64,000 nucleotides of DNA from Psammoneis japonica (Eukaryota). Of the stretch, positions 1-13,278 are shown in pieces. Positions within the stretch are counted from its first letter, which is position 1. The number at the start of each line of letters is the position of its first letter. The notes below the pieces were generated by a model, which saw only the letters and a program-made list of their open reading frames with translations, was not told the DNA's origin and made no database searches. Location of the stretch: contig QPGO01000072.1 in NCBI GenBank assembly GCA_008632985.1, forward strand, positions 310,001-374,000, in the 5' to 3' direction. The position numbers were made by a program, and so were the translations under genes.

Positions 1-1168
1 GGTGTCGACTGCAAACCTTGGCAAAACAGCAGCGGCCCCTCTCCACCACGCACCATCACTCTGTGTGCCGCAGTGCCACAAAACAGTGTGCATGGGTTGT
101 CAAATGACATTTGAATCTTCTCAAAAAGGTGGCAGCCACACAGGTGATTGGCAGCCTTGTGCCCATGGTGAACAAAACGGGGGTCTGACATGCCACACAG
201 ACACAACAATGCAGGCCACCAGGATGAGATGGGTGATGCAACAAACTGAGGGCCATTGCAAGGCATGCCAACCTGCAGTGCAGTGCAGTGCAGTGCAACA
301 AGTGCGCACAATTGAACGGTTGATTTTTGAATCAGAGCCAGTGAATTTTGTGTGCGTGCACACAGCCATCCATTTTTCAAATGTTCTGGTGTCCATTGGG
401 GTGGTGGTGGCTGGCCCCAATGTCATCAGCAGCTTGCACAATGTGCTTCCACATCCCACCAGATGTTGTGGAGATCATGCAACCTTTTTTGCCAGTGCTT
501 GAATTTCCACCAGCTCCAACAGCTTCAGCGGTCACTTTGTTTGCTCAAGCACTCCTGGGCTCTTTCAACCTGGGGGTGCTGAATGATGGTCGTGGGTGTG
601 GTCATCCACCAGCATGTGCAAGCATGGTCACATCAACGACAACGTGCACACCAATGTTCAGGAGTTTTTGGAGCATGCTGTTTGTGCAAGTGGCTGCACC
701 TGTGCTTCATGTGATGCAAGGTTTTCTGCACAAGGAGTTTCCCAGTGCTTTGAGCTTTGAAAAGCTCAATCTTCTTCTTTCTGCCTTTTTTCAGCAATTT
801 TTTGGATGAAAGTGCAACACAAGGGCCGTTGCAGTTGGCTCAATGGACCACAAGTTGCATGAGCTGCTCTTGATCATCCTTCACAAGTGGCTCCAATTGC
901 TGAAGCACCCGTTGTTGGACATGTCTTCTTCACTTGGTTTGTTGGCGTTCCATGCATGCTGCTGCCCCCACGCATGTTGTGATGGCTCTTTCTTCTCTGG
1001 AAAATTTTCTGGGCAGATTTGATTGCCCATCACCACATTGCACAGTGGATGCTTCTTGAGCAATGAGGGTGGAAGAAACAAACACATTGGACCAACTTTC
1101 TCAGAAGCTGTGTCATGGTGTGTTTTCCAGTGTTTTTTTTGGGGGGAAAAGCCCAATTTGTCTGCTGT
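1..1168. mobile_element. Distal part of the decayed ~9 kb repeat (putative DIRS-like element), copy 0; continues at 3063-~3350 after an insertion
   Basis: Aligns by eye to 48430-49590 (close) and 35417-36600 (more diverged). Almost no TpA or CpG dinucleotides. Confidence 0.65.
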
Positions 1169-3062
1169 TGTGAGACCCAGGCCTTAAGGTGGTACGGGTA
1201 CAAAAGTGGGCCAGATTCTACGCACGTAGAGCTTAGTATGTTTTCTACACAAATCGCCAAAGTCGGCTCGCCAACTTGAACCCTCTCCAGGACGATGGAA
1301 ACTTGGACATTTCACATAACAAAGTGTTTCGACTATTTAATTACACTCTCCTCGACTTGTTTAGGGAGAGAAGTTACAAGTTTTCATAGGTTTCTGAGGA
1401 TATATAACGAATCTAATCAGAAAGGTGCCGAAATCGCGACGTTCGAGTTTTAAAGAGCTATACAAAACGAGAAACCCATGGAAACTTGTAACTTCTCTTC
1501 ATAAACAAGTCGAGGGGAGTGTAATTAAGTAGTCCAAACACTTTGTTATGTGAAATGTCCCAGTTTCCATCGTCCTGGAGAGGGTTCAAGTTGGCGAGCC
1601 GACTTTGGCGATTTGTGTAGAAAACATACTAAGCTCTACGTGCGTAGAATCTGGCCCACTTTTGTACCCGTACCACCTTAAGTAACTTCAAACTGGCATG
1701 GCCGGCGCGCTCCGGATGAGCGTACAGACCATCCCCGTGGTGACAACACGGAGGAATTGTCAAAAACCCGCCGGAGCCGACGATGACATTGACGCGGTAG
1801 AAAAGGTGTCTAAACATTCGTCGTTTTTTGGACCATTACAACAGAAGCTCTATTAGACCCTCATCGATATACCATTGTAATCATCCATTCGGAGACGTAC
1901 AGTTTGGCGAGAAATATTGAAACATACCGTTTCGCTTTGTCGTGACGCCATGTTGCATGCAGACGACGCATCAACTCACCATTTGCCGGATTTTCGGAAC
2001 CCGATGTGTTGAAGTCCGAGTTTATAAAAAGGCAAGTAAATTTAAAATCAAAATTGTGTTACCAATATGTCCAAGGCTCACCACTTGTTGTCTCACTCAA
2101 CTTTCTTGCCGCCGCAGCCAATTCTTGTTGTCTTTCCTAGCATGAGCACATGAACGAATCCAACGTCGTCGTCACATCATCTATCCCATTTGATCAATGG
2201 TATTGAACAGACGAATATTTATAAGACTTTGATAAAGCAACTGTAATGCATTCAGCCAAGCATTCTTGAATGGGAGAGAGTCGGGCGGATTGGAGTGAAA
2301 ATGAAGAATGATGCTGGCGTACGGTTCAACAAAAAAGCAGTCAAACAACGTTGACAAATTATTCTGATGATGTTATTCTATAGGATTATAAATATTAGTG
2401 AATAGAGCTCCTCCCTGGCTTGTATCTACTCTAGATTGATCGCAAAGACACAAATGTCAAATGTGAAAACAGAAGTGTGTTGCTTGTATTGAGTTTTTAT
2501 GGATTACTTGGCCTATCTATAGCATGAAAAAGGTCAAATATAGTTGTCACGAGGCCAGCCATGGATTAGAGAATAGAATATAGCCATGAAATAGGTCTTG
2601 TGTTGATGTTATCATCTAATCTCGGTGTCGAGAAAGGGTCAATTTCCCTTCACGTAAGGTGAGTCACGTGTCTTGAATCCCGCATGACCCACTCGACTCG
2701 AACTTTTTGGAAGAATTAGCTAGACTTTGACCCCCGATAGAGCCATAAAATACACAAGATATGAGCATTATCGGTCTCATACTCTTTAAACCGATGTCTT
2801 GCGAGAATGTAATAGGTATGTATTGTTCATGGTATCTGGTATTTCAAAATAGAACTAACTTTTCGTGGAGCACCTTCATCACACAGGCAAGTGCGAGAGT
2901 CAACATTCAGTGATTGGTCAGTGACTGACGTTCACCCCCATTCTAGGCCCCCAAAAGTGTGCTGAACTACGTATCTGGGTGCTGTTAGTCGATCGAGGTG
3001 GGTGTTTGGTTAAAAACGGGGGGTTAATTTTTACACGTGGCATCATGAAGCTGGGACGGAAA
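1169..3062. other. ~1.9 kb TA-rich insertion absent from the paralogous copies; contains the MITE
   Basis: The paralogue at ~49580-49610 reads continuously across this point. GCTGT is repeated at 1164-1168 and 3063-3067 (possible target-site duplication). No recognisable ORF. Confidence 0.5.
1188..1677. mobile_element. Foldback MITE with ~200 bp terminal inverted repeats, flanked by TTAA
   Basis: GGTGGTACGGGTACAAAAGTGGGCCAGATTCTACG... at 1188 is the reverse complement of ...CGTAGAATCTGGCCCACTTTTGTACCCGTACCACC ending at 1677. TTAA lies at 1184-1187 and 1678-1681. Superfamily not resolved (Kolobok-like TTAA+RR termini or Harbinger-like TAA). Confidence 0.85.
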
Positions 3063-4315
3063 GCTGTGTGAGTCTTGAGACTTTGGCATTGGAGCCACTT
3101 CATTGGCTCTTGGCTGCTTGGTTCAGCATCTCAAATCAACTCCCGACCCATGGGAGGCAAACAAGATTGGCGCCATTGTCCCACGTGAACCTTGCTGTCA
3201 AGGTGTTGGTGATGCCAGTGGGCTCAGAGGTGGCGGTCACTGCTGCAAGTTTTGTTTTTGGTTCCTTGTGCTTTGGAGGAGCAACGAAGCATGTGGAGGT
3301 TTGAACTCTTCTCCAGATTCTTGGCGCTGTTTTGTGATGCACTCTCTCTTGAATGTTTGTGGTTTCCATCATTGTCCTCAGGGGCTTTGTTGCTTTTGTG
3401 AAGTCCACAGATGAAGAGTCAAGCCTTTGGATCCAGAGCTGGTCAGGGTGCTGCTCCCTCTTGCTCCTCCAGAGAACCCGGTTGTCTGGAGGTGGACAGA
3501 TGACATTGTCAACTCAGGCTGGCAAAACTGCCAAACTGCTCATTCTGTTTGGGGGCAACAACTGCTTTGTGTCTGGTCTGCACTCTGAATTTTTTGTGGC
3601 CAAGTGGGCCAAAATTCTTGGAGTGCCCATTGGGCAGGTGCCAACACGCTCTCGCCCATCTGATCCCAGGCAACCTGCCTCAGAAGCACCCTCCTTTTTT
3701 GAAGACTTCAACCTTTTCCCTTCTGAGTCAAGAGTTGCTGCAGCTGGTCTCCTCTCAAATTCTAATTTTTGTTGTGGTGCTTGTGTTTGTATGTGTTCAA
3801 TTCCTTTTGCTGTGTTCATTTACGGAGTTCAAATGCTGTTGTGTTGGCAGGAACAACGACACCGCTCTCACTCGAGTCAGCCACGAGGTCGATGGAGCTC
3901 TACCGGCATTACTTGTCGTTCGTTGGTCGCGGAATCATCTGGTTCCAGCCCATGATTTGGTACAATTTGCTCTCTAGCCTAAGCATTTCAGCATTACTGC
4001 ATATTGAGCAAGGCTGGAGGTTCTAATAGCAGCTGATGCATGGAGCTAGAGATTAGCCCACACAGTGCTCATTATTTATTTGTGATGGCGAGCCAGCCGA
4101 TTTTGTAAATAGTACACAATGCCACAGATCCTATTCATTGGCACGGCAAATTGTGATTTCTTGTCGATCGCGTTGAGATCTGAGAGAAGTTTCAGGTACG
4201 ATAAAGGAAAGTCTCGCCGGTAAGTAATAAAAACTCTGATTTTGGGCGGTTAACAGATGCACAGAGTGCACTCGAGCGAAAGAATGAGACTCCAGCCTTT
4301 GTCGTTATCGGTTCC

Positions 4316-5746
4316 TTAACTGACAAAGGCATGCTTCAATAACTCCCTCGCTGATGGCCTCTTATAAGGATCCTCCATGAGCATCTGCGATGCCATGTCA
4401 TGCGCCAACCACAAGCGCTCATTTTCTTTTGTCCTCGGCGGAACATCGTTGCATTTTGAATGTTCGCATAGCAGTCTACTGAGCATTTGGCCGGTGGCAA
4501 AAATATCAAAAGATGATACGGTAGCATGCATCAAGCGCCATCCTGTTTTAGAATCCTCGGGGGTATCCAATGTGCGGTGCGGACTTCTCGTTGTCGCGTT
4601 TGGTACGAAAAATCGAGATTGATCCCAGTCAAAGAGGTGAGCAATGCCAGTCCTATTATCATGTCGCACGTTGCCCCGACGAATGTCACCATTGATGACG
4701 TTTCGCGAATGTGCAAAATCGAGAGCTTGCAACAAGGATCGCATAAACGGTGCAATCTCCGTGAGACCTTCGGGGACCACCATGTAAGGAATGAACGAAA
4801 GAATCTGTACACTAATCGCCTTTTGTTTGAAGAGCCACTTGCGTTGCTCTTTGGATACACCACTTCTATTCAAACCAACGTCAAGGATCTCATCATCCCA
4901 CGTTCGAAAGGGATTGCCTGATATTCAGAAGAAAAATGTGTCAGATTGTAAATGCTAATGCCTGTGAATTGTGTGATCAAACACATTGCACTCACTCATC
5001 ACTTCGCAGCTCCACAACAGTTTAGGGATACTAGGTGTGCTAGGTTGCTCATTTAAAATTCGAAACGCCTTCATCTCGTTTGCCGTGTAATTGAGAAAGT
5101 CCTGGGAGCCAATCTTCATCACATAAGACTCGTCCCCTAGTTTCGGTATCTTGACTTCAAAGCCCAAATTTACATATCCATTCCCCTTTTGTTGTGGAGC
5201 AAAATCAAGAATCACAACGTTCAGTGTGAGAGTAAGAAATGTATTAAGAACCGATTCTTCAAAAATAAATGTCGGACCATTGCGAGCGCTAGTCATTGGC
5301 ATGCAAAAAAATGCCCACGATCAACAATCAACAACAGCAATAATACTTGTGCTTAACGGATTCCCTTAACAAAAACAATTCCTGCACTGTTATTATTGGA
5401 TAACTCGCGTAATCTACACTCGCCGCTCAACGGAATCGTCTCTCGCAACTCGTAGACTCACCAGAACAGACACTAGCTCAATGTCATAAACTAGGTCAAG
5501 TTTCAATTGATCGTTGGAGTTTCCGTCTGTTGTTGCAACATCATGCCTGTTTTCATCCATCTGGTCGCTCGGAGGACACTGGAATGCTGGAACTAGCGCA
5601 AAATGCCAGAGTGCAATCAGCCAGAACGCAATCAACACAAAGACAAGGTGCGACCATCTGCAAACTCGGTGCTGCTGTTTGCTGGACAATCGAGTTCGTC
5701 TCATAATCGCCGACGCATGGTTGAAATCAGCACGGCTTGTCCTCAT
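4316..5746 (-). CDS. Protein-kinase-like protein with N-terminal TM anchor, copy 1 (exons ~5746-5462, 5185-4996, 4917-4316)
   Basis: GNGYVNLG loop, VMKI, NVINGDIRRGNV catalytic-loop-like motif, LFDWD, FDIFATG and DPYKRPSARELLKHAF. Hydrophobic segment LVFVLIAFWLIALWHFALV. GT-AG introns at 5461-5186 and 4995-4918 join the ORFs in frame. Confidence 0.8.
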
Positions 5747-6059
5747 GGTCGCTGCGAGGCGCGAGATGAAACGACCAACAACAATGTTTTTTCAACAAAA
5801 ATGACAAATTTGTCTTTGCCAAGACTAAGACTGTACCGGTACTGGCTGTACGGTACATACGGTACAGAGCACCGTTCAGCGGAATGTTTTTATTATGTAT
5901 GTACATGCAACGGAAATTAGATTTTTCAACTGATAGATCAACCGTCATTTCTTTGCGGTAGTGTGTGTATCAGTTTTCATAAAGAGAAAATGTATTATCA
6001 CAGTTAAATTTCGTAGGCAATGCGCGCGAAATTTGAATTGATTCTGGCGCCGTGTTCAG

Positions 6060-7147
6060 CATGATGATGGGTTTTTGTTGTCTTCCAGGCGTGGTGTCAG
6101 CACTCTCTGTGGACTGTCGGTTGGTGTGTTGTCTGGACAGGTGGGGGTCGATTGTGTCGGGGTCATTCAGTGTCTGCAAAGGGACAGACCTGCGCCATCT
6201 TCCGACTGGGGTCGCCTGGAGCTGATCTGAGAGGCGGGAATGCAGGATCCCCTGAGGCAACGGTGGGTTGCCCTGACTGTGGTGACACTCATCCTTGTGT
6301 TGACACAGCTGCACACTTCAGAATGTGGCTTTTGCCACTCATCTGAAAGTTTCGACGCCATCTTGCGGAGCATCGTCTTGGCTTCTTTGCTGAAAAGCCA
6401 GTCGCATGATGCAGCGAATGGTGTGAAGTGACAGCATTGCTCAAGACATGGCTTGAGGTGCTTGCGCTTCTTTTCATGTTCGTGGCTTGCCAGGACTTCT
6501 TCTGGTGTTTTGGACAGGTGTGACTTCGCATCTGTGTCAGGGGTGCGAATGTCCGTCACCATGTCTGTCCTTCCACCCCAAAATTTCATGCCGAGAAGGT
6601 CTCCGCGATCGCCATCCTTGGACTTGTTGGAGTTGGTGTTTCCTGGAGAACTGTTGGGGGTGCTTGAGCTTCCCGCACCGTGACCAGTGGGGTTGATTGG
6701 AGGTTTGTCGTGTGCGTGGGAAGGTTTGCAAGCCTTGCCCATCAGGTCGCCCAGGTTGTCACGCACTTCATCATGTCGTGAGATGACCAGGCCACCCTTC
6801 TTGCACTGAAGAGCGTGATTCATGGTGAGCTTGCACCCACATCCATCACAGTGCTCCGGGAGGTTGGGTGGAGTGCTGCCATGCTGTAGAAAGAGTGCGT
6901 TGTGGAACTCTTGGCATGAGAGTTCCGTGCCGTTCAGCGTCAAAGGGCACACTGACAGCCACGCTCCAGTCTTGGTGCTGCACTTGACAGCTCTGGCCTG
7001 AAGGCTGGGCAGGGTCCTGAGGATTGCTTTCAGGGTCTCCCCGTGCACTTTGTCTTTTCTGTTGGCTGCTTCCTGTTTCACTTCGCATGTGGTGTCCTTG
7101 TGGACTGCGGAGGAGAACTGGGAACGGCCGCGGAGTGAGTCGATCAC
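6060..7147 (-). mobile_element. 5'-truncated CRE/SLACS-type non-LTR retrotransposon (zinc finger plus restriction-like endonuclease end)
   Basis: ORF 6167-7147 contains AWLSV.P, CDGCG...HALQCKKGG...RHDEVRD, DRGDLL, D-I-R..D.DAKS and EKKRKH(Y)L motifs. Expected Tyr positions read His/Cys. Left boundary approximate. Confidence 0.75.
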
Positions 7148-7149
7148 GT

Positions 7150-9100
7150 GGGAGCACGTGAGAGCACTTGCCCGTTGTCATCATTTCTGAATTTTTGTTT
7201 GTTTTTACACAACTCATGTTTTTGACAATGAGTCATGCAGCAACCCGTCCATTCCTTTTTGGTTTCCAACAACTGCGCCTTTTCAACATGCTCTTGTTGT
7301 GCTTTTGCTTTTGATGGCAACAACAGTGGATGGTCTTTGTGGCATTTTTCAACATGCTGCTTGTGCTTTGATGTCATCAAGCAACAACAACCCATTTTGT
7401 TGTGTTGTGCAGCTTGAGAAATCCATCCATGCACTCATCCAGCACCCACGCGTGTGTGCGTGCAGCCATCCTCCGATGTGCTCATTTCATGGTCTGCTCC
7501 AAATGACAGAACACATCCCAGTGGCCTGGCTTTGATGCTCTCTTTCCAGGCAAGTGTCCGTGCTTGCTTGTGTCTTCTTGTGCACTGCATCTGAGTCCCG
7601 CAGTGACACAGCATCTTCTCAGCCACTCTCTCCTCACTCTCTCCTGCTTGTGTTGCTGTTGTTGCACTCAAGCCCTCCTTTTCACTCTCTTGCTCTTCTG
7701 CCATTGCTGCTCTGCTCCCATCATGATGAAAACTGAAGGCATGAGAATGAAGAAGACAGGCGTGTCTTCACAAATGCCCCCACACTTTGCACTTTGCAGC
7801 AAAATGCATTTCATGTGGTCAGCCAATGTCAGTGTTTTGTTGTTGCTGCACACACATTGCTGTGTGCACAAATGCAATTGATGCCAGCACAGTGCAAAGA
7901 AAGCAAGAGGGAGCTGCTGCCAGATCTGGAGTCAGAGAGCAGCAAGAAGCAAGAGGCATCTTGCTGCCATTTAAGATTTGTGCACAAGCTGGCTGCAAGA
8001 GCTGTTCAAGCTCTTTGGCTTGCAACCAGTTTGCCCACTTGAGACCCTTGACATTCCACAAACAAATTTTGCAAACAGATTGCAAACAGAATCCAGCAGT
8101 TTGCAAGCTCTTGCTGGCAAGCTGCAAGGGCTGGTTTCCAAAAGTGCACAACAAACCTGGACATGTGTTTTTGGAAATTGAGAGAATGTTGCTGCCTTTG
8201 ACCTCACACAATTCATGCAAGAACAACAACAAGTCAATTCTCTCAACTGAAGCATTCAGTTCACAGCCTGCAGCATGAAAATTGTTTCCGCCTGTTGCAC
8301 TGTGATGGGCCATTTTTTAATTTTGTGCTTGAGTTGTTGAAAATGTTTGTGTGTGTGATTTTTGGCCACATGCACCAATTTTGAGACTGCAAGTCACCAA
8401 ACAAACAATGCTGTTGAGTCTGTCACATTTTTGTCAGTCATTTTCTCATCATTTTCTTGACCAGAAACTTTGCTGTGGGTGCCTTGTGAGACTCGTTCCT
8501 TCTGAACAACACGACAACACATTTTTCTGCACAACAAACACACAACAGTCTGCACACAGGTCAAATGTGATCTGCATTGTTGACCAATGAAGACATGTTC
8601 CAGCTGCACATGAACCAAAGCATGCACAAAAATGACACTTGCAAAATTTTTGTGCAGTTGCAGTTTTCGCAGGACAGGTGGACAATGTTGCAGCGAAGAA
8701 GAGCACACTGACAATTGTTGGCAAATGGCAAATTTGTGTTCATGGCTTGTGACAAGCTGTCTTTTGTTTGCTTTTTGGCCTCTGTGCCCAGCTGGTGTGG
8801 TGGCTGAGGCAGCAGCATTGGACATGCTCCAGAAGCAGGTGGCGGGATCCGTGTGACACTGGGCCCACGGGGCTCTGTGTGTGAGCTCTGCAGCAAAATT
8901 GCTGGGCAACAAATGTGCCAATGGGGCTGCTTGCCAACAGAAAAAGAGGCAATGTTTTGTGAGGGCACAAGCTTGCCCATGACATGCTCCAGTCATGTGT
9001 GAACCAAAGCATGCACAAGGTCTCTGATTTGCAAACAAGCTTTTGCCACCCAAAATGCAGACTCATCTAAATTTTGATGTTTTGCAACACTGACAAGACT
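7150..9100. repeat. TpA/CpG-depleted repeat DNA of unknown family
   Basis: Extreme TA depletion. ~8820-8960 is homologous to ~63080-63210 (GAGCTCTGCAGCAAA...GCCAACAGAAAAAGAGGCAAT). Confidence 0.5.
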
Positions 9101-9129
9101 TGTGTCAGCGCTGCAACATCATTGTTTTT

Positions 9130-10781
9130 GTGCAATCAATGTTTTTTCATGGTGACAATTTAGTTGCAACACAGGGCCAGCTGATGACTTTTGCCAATGT
9201 TGTTGAAGATTCATGAGCCAATGCTGTTTGGAGGTTGGCACAAAACATTTCTGCACACATTTTGCAGCAGTGGTCTGCTTGCACAAAAGTCTCTCTGCAA
9301 TGTGAGTGCTGACACAGAGTCAAAATTGTTTCCAAAGAAAAATCCTGTGAACATCATGTGTCCCATGATGAAGACTCAAACACTGATGAAAAAAATCTTT
9401 CAAATGTTCATGCTCCAACCAAACATGAAAGCCAGAGCACATGAGTGGTTTTAATGAACAGATGCCAGTGCACAAAGCTCACAAAAATTGTGTTCAAAAG
9501 GAAGTGTCATTTTGTGTGTCACCTGGGACTGGAACACATCTAAAACTTGTGCAATGTTTTGTTTTGGACAAGGCATTGAAAATTGTGTTGGGACACCAAA
9601 ACCACAGTGGCCTCACAACCTCCAGAAAACAAAAAGGGAAGCACAAGGAACAGGTGATGCAAGCAGAGTTGTTCACAGTGATGCAGTTCCTGCTTTCATC
9701 TGCTTGACAAGGGAGCAGGGCAAGCTTTTGAGACAAAATCAAAACTGACCTCAATTTTGATTTTGGTTTTGCATTTTTTCACTGGCAACTCTGCTGGTCA
9801 GCAATCAGTTTCAATTGGCAATCAAAACATTGAGCACATCTTGAACTTGAAAATGTTCACAGATGCACCCACACTCATGCTCGCGACTCAGTGGTGGCCA
9901 ACAATTTTTGACCACTGCTTTCTTTGATGAGCCATCAATTTGATTGCTTTGTTTTTGTCAGAAACACAGCAGATGACTGTCATCATTTGCCCGACATTTT
10001 CTGTTCAGTTTTCAAAAATGTCAATGAACACCTTCAGCAATCCAGGTGGTGCTGCTTGCGTTGACATGTGCTTTTCAACACCCACTCTCTCTGTGACACA
10101 CACTGAAAATCTGGCTCTGTGATGTGACTGGTTTGAGGTGGTGAAGGCTCATTGAGGCTGCACTTGCAGCAACTCCAAACACCCTTGTTGGCCATTGCTT
10201 GCCTCCAAAAGCAGTCCTGGGCTTCTTCTTTGTGGCAGGACCAAAGAGTTGACAAAGGGAGAGGCTCTTTTTTGAGGTGTCAAGTTTGTGCTGATGAAGC
10301 TGTGATGCAATGTGTGTGTGTTGTGAGAAATGGAAAATGACAGGGGGAAACAACCGGTCATGTGTTTTTTTTAAATCACAGCATTGTGAGAGAGAAGTGC
10401 AAGATTTAAACTGTGCAGAACTTGGCACCTTTTCTGCATGTGTGGCAAACATGTGCACTTTTGCACCAGAAAGAGATGCCATGTGCCCTCTCTGTGACAT
10501 GTGCTGAAATTCCACATGCACCCCCAGTGTGTGTCAATGTGAGCAGTCTGTGGGCCAAGCACAAGGAGAGGAGGATGTCCCAGGGGTGGCTGTGCTCTTG
10601 GAGGAGTCGCCAGGTGATGGTGACATGCAGCACAAGGTGGGCACACAGATGTGTGGAGACAACAAGAGGCCACCCCCCAGCTCTCCTCATTGTTCTTGGC
10701 AAACAATCAGCAGCAATGGTTGTTTTGTGCAGTTGCCCACACATTGGACATGGCGCCAATTGTCTCTGTGGTTTGGCTTTG
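9130..10781. mobile_element. Left part of decayed ~9 kb repeat, copy A (interrupted at 10781/28918)
   Basis: Aligns to ~40520-42260. The paralogue reads GGCTTTGACTGGCTGATC uninterrupted where this copy is split. Confidence 0.7.
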
Positions 10782-11245
10782 TGCCCTGTGCATGTGCTGG
10801 GCGCTGAAAAAGAAGATGTGTTACGACTTTGTCGTTGTGAAAATTATGAGCGAGTTTAGAGTAGAGAAAATGGGATCGTGTGAATCGGGAATCTTGCCAA
10901 ATCCCTGTTCATTCGCATTTGGATCGCATCAAATCGATCGCATTGTGGATCGTGTCGAATCAAGCCATCACACGCCATGCACGAGTGATGTCATCGTGTG
11001 GAATCACGCTGCCATCGTGGGCCAGACGACGGGCCAGTGTGCTTCACACGGATGCTCTCTCAGCATCCTTCTGGAATTGCCTAAGACCCAGAGCCACGCC
11101 CTCCTGTGGTCGTGCTTCCCAGGTGCGTGTTAACAACACTGCGTTGCCACGTGCAAGAGGCTTGTGCACGGTCTCGCCGTGTTGTCCAGCAGCGAGGCAT
11201 GCTGCACACTCCCCCATGATCAGGGCCGTCAAGTGACAGAATGTC

Positions 11246-13273
11246 TCACTGGTGACAGGGTGCAACCTGCCGTAGATTACGCGCATCTGTCAGCGCTCCG
11301 TTCTGGACACGCAACGTGCCGTTGTCATGCACACGGACAACTCTGGCGGGTCCTGCATGGCTGTCAGAACCGCATTTAGAGGATTGTTCCTGTTTGATGA
11401 GTGCCAATTGCCCTGCGGCACATTGATGCTCCTTGCGTTTCTGATTTTCACGCTTGTTGTCTAAGTGGACAAGCTTCTGCTTTCTGGTTTCTATGTGCTT
11501 CCACTTGGCACGATGGGCAATGGACAAAACCGCATCGCGTCCGAAGACCAATTGCATGGGACTTGCACGCGTGGTCGCATGTGCCGCAGCTCTGGCAGCG
11601 AAGGCTGCTGTGGAGAGGATGCCACTCCATGGGTCATCTTCGTCCAGTTCCATGTCCTGTGCTGAAAAGGAACATGCCATGTTGCCAAGTGTCTGGTGTG
11701 CACGTTCCACTGTGGCATTCGCCTGTGGGTTCCGTTTGCTTGTGGGTTTCTTCAAAATCCCACAGTCATTTTTAATCATCTGGCTAAATTCTGCCATGAA
11801 TTCTGTCCCACGGTCACAAACCACCTGGGTTGGCCACGGACATCTGCACAGCCAAGTTTGTTCTACGACGTTTGCTGCGACGTCTGCGCGTTTCGCAGAC
11901 ACTTCTTTAATCTCGAACCACCCGGTTGCTGGGTCAATCATTGTGACTGCCCACAATTGCAAGGTGTCCTTCCCGCGTCTTTGAATTTTACATGGCCCCA
12001 TCACATCTGTGCACAGAGTCTCCCATGGAATTATCTCTGCGACCTTTTCTGGTGGCTTCCCATGACGCTGCATTCGGCATTTTGTCTTCTGGCATCGATC
12101 GCACTTAACGCACGCAGAATGCACCGCAGACCTCATGCCAGGCCAGCAGAAGTGCTGGGCAACAGATGTTTCCGCACGTGTCTCACCTGGATGACACAGT
12201 GTCTCGTGGTGCCATTCAGTTAGCGGAACCTGCAATGACTGTGGCACTGCGATTTTGTCTTTATGACAGATTAACTGTCGTGATGACCCTCCCCCACGAC
12301 ACGCGCGAATGGAGCAGTCGGACGAGTCCTTGGCTCGTGAGAGCAGGCGCTTGTCCTTTTGTTGTGCTTTTTGAATGCGCTTGAAGCTAACAGGCAGAGA
12401 CAGCTCATTTTGAGCGTCTGCATTAAAGGCTTCATGCAAAGGACGACTCGATGGAGTGTCTTTTACATCCGGATTGGCTTCGGAAGGCAAGCTGGGTGCC
12501 AGCCGAAGGCGACTAAGAGCGTCAGCGACTGGGTTGTGGGTGCCCTTAACACAGCGTAATTCGGGACCGCATTCTTCGCATGTCAACCGCCAGCGCACAA
12601 CGCGCTCGGCATTGAACACTTTGCACATAAGATTTTTATGATCAGCACATGTTGTTGTGCGATGACCAAGGAGAATGGTTCGAAATTCTTTCAACGTCTC
12701 CACAATGGCGAGCAATTCTCTCTCCGTTGTTGCACAATTTAATTGCGCACTGTTGAGCTTTCTGCTGCAAAAGGCGATGGGTTTGTTGTCTTGGGATGTA
12801 ACTGCTCCCAATTGACATTTAGAGGCATCGGCATGCATCTCAAAGGGTTTGTTAAAATCAGGATGTGACAACAAAACATCATCCGATGTCACCCGTTTGA
12901 CGGTTTCGAACGCCTTGTCTTCAACGGACGTCCACTCCCACTTAACAGTCTCGCTTGCGAGTCATGTCAGTGGAGCCAAGACTTCAGAATGTCTAATCCA
13001 CGTGTCGCGGCAGCAGTTCACCACACCAACAAATGAACGCAGGTCGCGTTTGTTGGTTGGGGTCGCGATTCGCTTGATGGCATCGACTTTATCAGGTGTT
13101 GGTCGCATTCCGTCTCTGTTGGCCAGACAACCCAAGCACTCTAATTGGGTTTGACAGAAATGAGATTTAGTTGCGTTGGCTTTTAGTCCTGCTTTCTGGA
13201 CCCTCAACAAAACTTCTTCAAGTTTGTTGAGGTGATCTTCACAGGTGCCTTTCGTCATGACGAGAAGGTCATC
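11246..13273 (-). pseudogene. Gypsy pol 3' part: RT C-terminus, RNase H, integrase (hypermutated)
   Basis: DDLLV, H(Y)ADASKC(Y)QLG, AFC(Y)SRKL, DHKNL, VADALSRL, HHCC zinc finger, DVMGP, DRGTEF, PQANATVER. No Tyr in the 548-aa ORF 11246-12892. Confidence 0.9.
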
Positions 13274-13278
13274 TGAGT

